A program made the translations under genes and the position numbers. A stretch of 64,000 nucleotides of DNA from an uncultured Candidatus Binatia bacterium (GTDB lineage Bacteria; Desulfobacterota; Binatia; UBA9968; CAXXLF01), in contig OZ244621.1 in assembly GCA_965218425.1 (NCBI GenBank), positions 4,010,812 through 4,074,811 of the forward strand. The letters are read 5' to 3'. This document shows positions 56,991 through 64,000 of the stretch, one piece after another; positions within the stretch are counted from its first letter, which is position 1; each line of letters begins with the position of its first letter. The notes under the pieces were generated by a model. The model saw only the letters and a program-made list of their open reading frames with translations, made no database searches and was not told where the DNA came from.

Positions 56991-57755
56991 CTAGGCGCTC
57001 AGGTGCTTGTCAAGGAAGACCCAGATCTTCTTCCAGCCGTCCACGGCCTGCTCTTGCCGATAGGCTCCTCGGTCATAGTAAAAGAAGCCATGCCCCGCCC
57101 CGTCGTATCTGTGGAACTCATAGTTCTTGCCGTGTTTCTTGAGTTCCTCCTCATGCTGGTTGACGTGTTCCGGCGACGGCCTCTTGTCATCGTTGCCAAA
57201 CAGACCAATGAGGGGGCAAGAAAGGTCCTTCGTGTAGTCGATGGGTGCTACCGGCTGAGCGGGCGAAAGCTCTTCCTTTTTCTGCACCACACCGCCCCCC
57301 CAACACTCAACGGCCGCGTTAAAATCCTTCCCACGACAGGCCACTAGGAAGGTTTGGCGGCCTCCCGAGCAGGTGCCGAAGACTCCCACCTTGCCGTTTA
57401 GTTCCGGCAGCCCGCGCAGGTACTCGTTTGCCCCTTGGCAATCACCGATTACCTGATCGTCTGGAACTCCACCTGCTGCACGAACCTTTGCGGTTACATC
57501 CTCTACGGTCCCGTGACCGGCACGGCAGTATAGGTTAGGACTGATTGCCATATAGCCATGATGGGCATATCTTCGCGTGGCCTCACGGTACCATTCATCC
57601 CAACCGGGCATGTGATGGATCAGGACCATGCCGGGAAAGGGGCCTTTCCCTGTGGGTCGCGCAAAATAGGCATTGATTGTATCCCCATTTGCCCCCTTTA
57701 TATTGACGGTTTGCGCCGTCATGCCTTCGATCATGTCTGTCGTGTACGTATGCAT
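56991..57755 (-). CDS. Dienelactone hydrolase family protein
   Basis: 254 aa alpha/beta hydrolase; nucleophile Cys in GTCSGG, ...HGF... His; typical DLH length and order. Confidence 0.8.
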   Translation of the reverse strand: MHTYTTDMIEGMTAQTVNIKGANGDTINAYFARPTGKGPFPGMVLIHHMPGWDEWYREATRRYAHHGYMAISPNLYCRAGHGTVEDVTAKVRAAGGVPDDQVIGDCQGANEYLRGLPELNGKVGVFGTCSGGRQTFLVACRGKDFNAAVECWGGGVVQKKEELSPAQPVAPIDYTKDLSCPLIGLFGNDDKRPSPEHVNQHEEELKKHGKNYEFHRYDGAGHGFFYYDRGAYRQEQAVDGWKKIWVFLDKHLSA

Positions 57756-57879
57756 AGATACCTCCTAATGAAAAGTTTTGATTTTGACCGAAGCGGACCG
57801 CATCGGCCGATTTAATCGTTTAGTTATAGTAACCCCGTCGAGGAAATTCATAGTTGCCTTACCGCTTATCTGCTAAGGG

Positions 57880-58329
57880 TTATCCTCCCAGCATTTCCTT
57901 GACCACCTGGCTAATACGGGACACCGCGGCACGCCCCGAGAGCTGTTTGGTCAAAAGCCCCATGACCTTACCCATTTCCTTCATGGAAGAGGCACCCGTC
58001 TCAGCCACGGCGGCCTCGACGGCTTGACGCAACTCGGCATCGTCTATTTGTGAGGGCAAGTAGTCCTGAATGATGCGGATTTCTTCGCGCTCCTTTGTTG
58101 CGAGCTCTTCGCGTCCGGCCTTGGCATATTGCTCGGCCGCATCCTCCCGTTTCTTGACCATGGACTGGAGCGCTTTGAGGATACCCTCCTCGCCCGTCTC
58201 CTTACCCTGTTCTTTGTCCTTGTATAGGATCTCCGAGCGAATCATTCGAATGGTCGACAGCCTAAGCCCGGCCTTCTCCCTCATGGCCGATCTCAAATCC
58301 TCCCCCAACCGTTCACGAATGCTTGGCAT
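57880..58329 (-). CDS. GatB/YqeY-domain protein
   Basis: 149 aa; ...LRSAMREKAGLRLSTIRMIRSEI...KEMGKVMGLLTKQL... is the conserved YqeY helical domain. Confidence 0.85.
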   Translation of the reverse strand: MPSIRERLGEDLRSAMREKAGLRLSTIRMIRSEILYKDKEQGKETGEEGILKALQSMVKKREDAAEQYAKAGREELATKEREEIRIIQDYLPSQIDDAELRQAVEAAVAETGASSMKEMGKVMGLLTKQLSGRAAVSRISQVVKEMLGG

Positions 58330-58501
58330 CTTGTGTCCCTGCCCCTAGAACTCCCGGTCAAAGTTCACGGAGCCCCTCAACTTCCAGCGATTAAAAATTG
58401 CAAAAGCGGAAGCTTTTGTCCAGCCCTAAAATCACGTCTCCACCACCTCATCTTCAACCTCACCACTCCCGCGGATACGGAACTTTACCTCAAATGAGAG
58501 C

Positions 58502-59467
58502 CTATGCTTGTTCCTCATTCTTGTACAGCCCATCGATGAACCCCTCATCGTCCAATTCCCGAAGAAAATGGAGATCCCACATGGAGACGGGATTCATGTC
58601 CTCGAGTTCGGGATAATCCCCCAGTGCCAATTCGAAAGTGTTGTAAATCGCATCCGTACTGGGATAGGGCTTTTTCTGCATCGTACTGTTCACGTCCTCG
58701 TAGAGCCGCTCGATCGCCTCGTCATCAAAATGGAGCTTTGCGCTGAGGGCCTCCCAAAGAAGCTCTTTGGTTCGCTCCTTCCGAGTTTTAAATAGACAAA
58801 TGGCTTCGCAGTAAGCCTTGAGGAAGGCCATGGTTTCTCCGGGCTTGGACTTTATGGTTTCCATAATTGAGTTGATGGTAACGTTATGGATCTGTGGGTA
58901 CTCGGGAATCTCTAGGACCTTGAGTCCATCCCTTTTGGCAATCACGTCGTATGGCGGGGACAGCTGGGTCGCCGCCGCATCATCGTTGTTTAGAAACTTT
59001 TGATACCGCTGAACATAATTGATGTCCTTGTCGTCTTGACGGATCTCTTGGATCCCGTCTCTCTTGAAATCGATCCCCGCCTTTGCCAGTTTGCCACGGT
59101 TGGCCAGGTCCCCATGGGATCCCCGCTCACCCCGAAAGGTGATTCCTTTGCCCTTGAGGTCATTTAGGCTATTGATCCAGGGCTTGACGATGAGCTTGGA
59201 CGGCCAGATGTTAGAGGGTTGGGCCAGGTAAACAAACTTCGCGCCGCTGTGCTTGCGCTCCACATATGGGCTAATGTGATTACCGAGGAAAAAGTCCACT
59301 TCGCCTTTGTAGAGCATCTGGTTTCCCTCGGTGGAATCCGGCACATGACGCACCGTGGGCTCCAAACCGTACTTCTGAAGCAGGCCTGAGTCCCTCAATA
59401 TGAACGTCAGCACCTCCAGGTTATGCCGATAGCCGATTCGAATGGGTTTAAGTCGCTTCTGTGCCAT
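58502..59467 (-). CDS. NMT1/THI5-like (SsuA/TauA-type) substrate-binding protein without a signal peptide
   Basis: 321 aa; two-lobed binding-protein fold signature (IRIGY...; GEVDFFLGN...); AT-richer than neighbouring genes. Confidence 0.55.
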   Translation of the reverse strand: MAQKRLKPIRIGYRHNLEVLTFILRDSGLLQKYGLEPTVRHVPDSTEGNQMLYKGEVDFFLGNHISPYVERKHSGAKFVYLAQPSNIWPSKLIVKPWINSLNDLKGKGITFRGERGSHGDLANRGKLAKAGIDFKRDGIQEIRQDDKDINYVQRYQKFLNNDDAAATQLSPPYDVIAKRDGLKVLEIPEYPQIHNVTINSIMETIKSKPGETMAFLKAYCEAICLFKTRKERTKELLWEALSAKLHFDDEAIERLYEDVNSTMQKKPYPSTDAIYNTFELALGDYPELEDMNPVSMWDLHFLRELDDEGFIDGLYKNEEQA

Positions 59468-59912
59468 ATCTTCTCCTTTCCCGACGTTGGATACTAGCCG
59501 GGACGGCCCCTCATTACAACCTCAATGAGCCGCTTTTTTGGCGCCATCGGATAATCTGAAAGAAGCCGGGTTTGCTTGCGCGGTTGCCCGTAACGATGTG
59601 TGCCCCGAGATGTGTATTTTGCCGCGTCAAACTGACGGGGCCTCGAGGCCGAGGCCCGTCGGCTCCCGCTGAGGGGCAGGCTCCCGAGCCCTACCTCCTA
59701 TGGGTGAATGAGCGTTCTCGTCGAGGGAGCAATGAAGAGCAGGGACGTCGGCTCCGTAGAAGCGGTCTCACTCACTTGCCAGGGCTGTAATCCTTAACTC
59801 ACGAAAACACACATTTCGCACGACAGCCCTCGGGGGGTTGACCCGAAGGGACCACTTTGGATAAGGTCGGAAACCGGTTGCCGAACCACCCAACACAGAG
59901 GAGAATCATGAC

Positions 59913-60899
59913 ATGGGTCTTCTGATTCGGGGCAAATGGGACAACGACGCCACTATTTCCAGTGACGATAAGGGACGCTTTACCCGCGAGGCCTCAAAAT
60001 TTCGCCATTGGATCACAGTGGACGGAAGCCCTGGCCCCACGGGTGACGGTGGGTTCAAGGCTGAGCGTGGCCGCTACCACCTCTTCGTTTCCCCCTCCTG
60101 TCCCTGGGCGCACCGTACCATCATCATGCGCAGGCTGAAAAATCTCGAAGAGGTGATATCGATTTCCATTGCGGACCGGCCCAAAACTGAGGGATGGTCC
60201 TATTCGCAAGGCCTTGACGATCTAACACCTGGCGCGGACGGCGTCTTCCGGTTACATCAGGTTTACGCGGCGACCCAACTTGAATATACGGGTAAAGTGA
60301 CGGTGCCAACTCTCTGGGATCGTAAGCGCCGCGCCATCGTCAACAATGAATCATCGGAAATCATCCGTATGTTCAACTCGGCGTTCAATGAGCGGGGGAA
60401 CACGAGTGTCGATTTTTACCCGAAGGAATTACACGGTGAGATCGACCATGTGAACGAGTTCGTCTACGAGCATCTGAACAATGGGGTCTACCGAACCGGC
60501 TTTGCCAAGACCCAGGGTGCCTACGACGAAGGGGTTGCCAAAGTGTTTCACGGCCTCGATACCCTGGAGACACGGCTTGCACAGGGCCGTTACCTCGTCG
60601 GGAACCGTATCACCGAGGCGGACTGGCGGGCGTTCCCGACACTGCTTCGCTTCGACCTCGTTTATTATAGCCACTTCAAGTGCAACATCCGACGCATACA
60701 AGACTACCCGAACCTGGCAAACTACCTCCGGGAGCTCTACCAGTGGCCGGGTATAAAAGACACCGTGGATCTCTATCAGATCAAGGCCAATTATTACGGT
60801 CAACGTCAGGTGAACCCCACCGGTATCGTTCCCATGGGACCGACCCTGGATCACCTTGAGTGGAAACATGACCGGAACCGGCTTCCCGCCGCAGCTTGA
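59913..60899 (+). CDS. Xi-class glutathione transferase / glutathionyl-hydroquinone reductase (YqjG/ECM4-like)
   Basis: GRYHLFVSPSCPWAHRTIIMRRLKNLEEVISIS (CPWA active-site motif), 328 aa. Confidence 0.85.
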   Translation: MGLLIRGKWDNDATISSDDKGRFTREASKFRHWITVDGSPGPTGDGGFKAERGRYHLFVSPSCPWAHRTIIMRRLKNLEEVISISIADRPKTEGWSYSQGLDDLTPGADGVFRLHQVYAATQLEYTGKVTVPTLWDRKRRAIVNNESSEIIRMFNSAFNERGNTSVDFYPKELHGEIDHVNEFVYEHLNNGVYRTGFAKTQGAYDEGVAKVFHGLDTLETRLAQGRYLVGNRITEADWRAFPTLLRFDLVYYSHFKCNIRRIQDYPNLANYLRELYQWPGIKDTVDLYQIKANYYGQRQVNPTGIVPMGPTLDHLEWKHDRNRLPAAA

Positions 60900-60908
60900 G
60901 ACAAAACC

Positions 60909-62261
60909 ATGAACTACACTCAAAACGTCGCCGATTTTGTGTCACTGACCAGTTTTGAATCCATTCCACCTGCTGCTCTGAGAGAAGCCAAGAGAGCGAT
61001 ACTGGATTGCGTCGGAGTTATGCTGGCGGGGAGTAAGGAGGAGAGCGCCAGGATTTGCGCCAGATTGACCAAAGAAGAAAGCTCAAACCAAGATTCCACT
61101 GTTATTGGCCAGGGTTTCAAGTCATCCCCTGTCATGGCCGCCTTCTCCAATGGCACCGCGGGACATGCCTTGGATTTCGATCACAGTTTTATCATGGGAC
61201 AACCCAGCGCCGGCTTGATACCTGCCATTTTGGCCTTGGGTGAAGAGGCGGGAGAAAGCGGTCAAGATATTCTGGTGTCCTACATAGTTGGATTTGAAGT
61301 GATAGCAAAGCTTTGTCATTCCATGCCGGGCCATAACCCGGGAGGATGGCATGCCACGGCGACCCTGGGGTCCCTTGGTGCCGCAGTGGCGTGCGCCCGA
61401 ATACTACGGCTCACCCCCGATGCAATTCAACAAACCCTGGGAATCGCTTCTTCCATGGCCTCCGGCCTACGAGCTAACTTTGCCACCATGACAAAACCCC
61501 TCCACGCTGGATTGGCAGCGAAAAACGGCGTGCTGGCCGCCAAGTTGGCTGGATCTGGCTTTGACGCGAATCCAACGGTGTTGAGCGAGAATGAGGGATT
61601 CCTAGCAGCGTTCACCAGGGATATTCCGTCTGATCTCCATCCCTTCGAAGAACTGGGAAAATCCTTCGATCTGGTTACCAGGGGTATCCGATTCAAGCCC
61701 TACCCCTGCGGCGGATTAACCCATCCCACCGTCCAAGCCATACTCAGGCTCCGCGAGCAATATAAAGTTTCTCCAGAGTCTGTGGAATCCATCAAGGTCA
61801 GAGTCACCCCGTATGTTTTTAATACAATCCTGAATCGGTTACCCGAGACGGCCCTTCAAACCAAATTCAGCATGCCCTACATCGTGGCTAGAGCCCTGAT
61901 GGACGGAAGATTGGGGCTGGACACGTTTTCTGACGAAGCTGGTCGGGATCCCGCTGTTCGTAGCTTGGGAGAGAAGATCGAGATGGAATTGGACCCCGAT
62001 CTTCAGGAGAACGACGATGTCAGTCGACCCTGTAAAGTCATCCTGCGTCAGAAGGACGGAACTGTTTTATCGCAATCCGTAGAACCCGGTCTGGCGACTC
62101 AACGAAGTTCCCTCAGCTCACAGGAATTGGAAGAGAAGTTCACCGATTGCGCCTGTCGCGTCATTAACAGTGAAGCCGCGGCTGAGGTTCTTAGACAGAT
62201 TGACCACCTGGAGGATCTCGACTCTCTCGATCCCCTCTTCAAACTATTGATCGCGACGTGA
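60909..62261 (+). CDS. MmgE/PrpD-family (2-methylcitrate dehydratase-like) protein
   Basis: 450 aa; N-terminal ...EAKRAILDCVGVMLAGS and C-terminal family blocks. Confidence 0.85.
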   Translation: MNYTQNVADFVSLTSFESIPPAALREAKRAILDCVGVMLAGSKEESARICARLTKEESSNQDSTVIGQGFKSSPVMAAFSNGTAGHALDFDHSFIMGQPSAGLIPAILALGEEAGESGQDILVSYIVGFEVIAKLCHSMPGHNPGGWHATATLGSLGAAVACARILRLTPDAIQQTLGIASSMASGLRANFATMTKPLHAGLAAKNGVLAAKLAGSGFDANPTVLSENEGFLAAFTRDIPSDLHPFEELGKSFDLVTRGIRFKPYPCGGLTHPTVQAILRLREQYKVSPESVESIKVRVTPYVFNTILNRLPETALQTKFSMPYIVARALMDGRLGLDTFSDEAGRDPAVRSLGEKIEMELDPDLQENDDVSRPCKVILRQKDGTVLSQSVEPGLATQRSSLSSQELEEKFTDCACRVINSEAAAEVLRQIDHLEDLDSLDPLFKLLIAT

Positions 62262-62825
62262 TGATCCCCTCCACCACAATGCTGGTGGTGGCTACCGGAA
62301 CCTTCTATTACTTGGTCAGGTTGACAAGAGTTCACCCGTAACTTATATATTCCCCCCATATCCAAGAGGCACACCCCACTGGCTCAAGGAAGACTTCGGT
62401 TTCCCTGTGGTAATCAAGAATGCTGCGGGACAGGGAGCCGAGGTGGTCCCGGCCTTTCCACAGGGCCTCCTTACGCTGGAAAGTTTCGCCGATACCGAAC
62501 TGAAAAAGAAGATTCTCCACTTCAACAATGCCCTCCGGCCTGCCAGCGCTCCCTATTTCGTGCCAAAAGGGGTACCGGCGCCGGCCCCTTGCCCGCCAGC
62601 AAATAGCAAGGCACCGGAATTTAAATCCGTGAGTGGCTAAGTCTCTTCGCGTCTCTGGTATTCTGGGCCCAATCAACTCTTGACAATCCAGGGGGCGCAT
62701 GAAATATGCTAGGGCTACTGGTTTCACGGAACGATTAACCACAAATAGTTCTATATCTTGAGTCAGGATCAAGAAAATGAGAGGATAAGCATGCCCCGGA
62801 GGCAGTGAGGCGAAAGGATCTAACC

Positions 62826-64000
62826 ATGGTCACCCAAGAAGAAAACCAATTATTGACCCAAACGGGCCCCGGCACTCCGGGCGGTGAGTTGCTACGCCGC
62901 TATTGGCACCCCATTGCCATCGCCAGTGAGTTGACCGAAGAGAACCCCACGAGGTTTATAAGAGTTCTCTGTGAAAACCTCGTGCTCTTCCGTGACAAGA
63001 AGGGAAATGTTGGTCTGGTTGGGGACCGCTGTCCCCACCGGGGAGCTTCCCTCCTCTACGGCAGGGTCGAAGAACGGGGAATCGCTTGCGCCTATCATGG
63101 CTGGCTATACGATACACAAGGCAATTGCATCGAGACCCCGCCGGAACCCGCGGACAGCAAATTCCGCTTGACCATAAAGCACACGGCTTATCCGGTGCAA
63201 AAATTTGTCGGTCTTTATTGGACCTACATGGGGCCCCAACCCGCCCCGGCGATCCCAAAGTACGACATATTGGTACGCAAAGACGGCAAGCGAATGATCC
63301 GTGTCCACCCACAGCTAGATTGCAACTGGCTCCAGGCCATGGAGAACTCCGTAGACCCATCCCATCTGGAAATCCTGCACCAAACCCTCATCGGTCGTGG
63401 GAGGACACCTGTAAACACCACCAGGGGATTTGTGGATGACGTGGACCACTACGAATTTGAAACCACTTCCTACGGCGTCTTGAAGATTCGGACCTACAAG
63501 AACGGCCAGGTGGATTGCCACCCGCTGGTTTTTCCAAACATTCTCCGTCAGGCGAAGACGGCACAGTACCGGGTACCCGTTGACGATACCCACACGGTGC
63601 ACTTCCATATCGTATTTGAGCCCACCCCTGATGGCAGCCTCGTGAAGGAAGACGAAAATCCCGAAGTGGACTACGTAGAGCCTTACAAAGAACCCGCAAA
63701 GGCTCTTTATCCCTCCGCCAGCTTTTCTACAGGAATGAAAAAGGTCATCGGGCAGGACCACATGGCATGGGAAACCCAAGGGCCGGTTGCAGATCGCACA
63801 AGGGAACGTCTGAGCACCTCGGACAGAGGAGTTATAATTTACCGAGATCTGGTCATTGAAAACATCAAAAAGGTACAGCAGGGTCAGGACCCAATGGGCG
63901 TGATACGGGATCCCAACCATGAAACGATCGATACCAAGCTGTCGGAGTCACTTAAGAGCCCCGAAGCGGGAGATCGTCCAGTCATTGCGACGCAAACAGC
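62826..64000 (+). CDS. Rieske non-heme iron oxygenase alpha subunit (3'-partial; continues beyond the window)
   Basis: Not in the ORF track because there is no stop before the window end; ATG at 62826, frame open to 64000; CPHRGASL...CAYHGW Rieske ligands followed by a catalytic domain with ...NWLQAMENSVDPSHLEILH... (mononuclear Fe His ligands). Confidence 0.8.
   Translation, partial: MVTQEENQLLTQTGPGTPGGELLRRYWHPIAIASELTEENPTRFIRVLCENLVLFRDKKGNVGLVGDRCPHRGASLLYGRVEERGIACAYHGWLYDTQGNCIETPPEPADSKFRLTIKHTAYPVQKFVGLYWTYMGPQPAPAIPKYDILVRKDGKRMIRVHPQLDCNWLQAMENSVDPSHLEILHQTLIGRGRTPVNTTRGFVDDVDHYEFETTSYGVLKIRTYKNGQVDCHPLVFPNILRQAKTAQYRVPVDDTHTVHFHIVFEPTPDGSLVKEDENPEVDYVEPYKEPAKALYPSASFSTGMKKVIGQDHMAWETQGPVADRTRERLSTSDRGVIIYRDLVIENIKKVQQGQDPMGVIRDPNHETIDTKLSESLKSPEAGDRPVIATQT

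Noticed and set aside
59468-59912. 445-bp region upstream of the glutathione transferase gene with hairpins (CTCATT...AATGAG + T-run; CCCTCGGGG...CCCGAAGGG), considered as a riboswitch
   Set aside because: No recognisable riboswitch consensus; the hairpins are short, and the junk ORF 59572-59790 has no coding signal. Left as unexplained leader sequence.
63315-63920. 201-aa minus-strand ORF
   Set aside because: Antisense to the Rieske oxygenase catalytic domain.
1-64000. tRNA, rRNA and CRISPR arrays
   Set aside because: No T-loop-like GTTCGAATC-type motifs in intergenic DNA, no rRNA-like conserved stretches, and no regularly spaced direct repeats were seen; absence is by eye only and should be confirmed with tRNAscan, Infernal and a CRISPR finder.

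Overview
This is a 64 kb window from a roughly 57% GC bacterial chromosome. The regulatory style points to a sigma-54-rich lineage such as Deltaproteobacteria or Nitrospirota, but phylum cannot be fixed from sequence alone. Core content:

- **Start of window:** a cytochrome c maturation system I operon, ccmE (5'-partial), ccmF, ccmG, and a ccmH-ccmI fusion that appears frameshifted.
- **About 11-24 kb:** a catabolic-looking island with a maleate-isomerase-like racemase-family protein, an amidohydrolase_2, a three-subunit molybdo-hydroxylase (FAD, 2Fe-2S and MoCo subunits), a UbiD-family decarboxylase, a cytoplasmic LivK-like binding protein, an M24 hydrolase and three VOC proteins, one fused to a Rieske domain.
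- **24-28 kb:** folB-folK, a VUT/YhhQ-like transporter, a phytase-like esterase, an FMN alpha-hydroxy-acid dehydrogenase and a cupredoxin.
- **29-40 kb, stress genes:** an HPF fused to a cold-shock domain, a CBS protein, universal stress protein remnants, clpB and hsp20.
- **40-44 kb:** a ZraPSR-like unit. A sigma-54 promoter drives a Gly/His/Met-rich PepSY protein, followed by a terminator, a histidine kinase with a Met-rich periplasmic domain, and an NtrC-type sigma-54 regulator.
- **End of window:** a glutathionyl-hydroquinone reductase, an MmgE/PrpD protein and a Rieske oxygenase (3'-partial).

Mobile and decayed DNA is abundant. An IS3-family element with an intact GGTG target-site duplication sits next to vapBC. 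An IS630-family element has TA duplication and an A8G slippery run. There are remnants of two DNA methyltransferases, and fragments of a P-type ATPase, an acyl-CoA dehydrogenase, universal stress proteins, a bactofilin paralog and an NMT1-like binding protein. A GCGCAAAGACGCAAAG motif recurs as inverted pairs in two intergenic regions. No rRNA, tRNA or CRISPR array was recognised. Coordinates of promoters, terminators and element ends were hand-counted and are approximate to a few bp.
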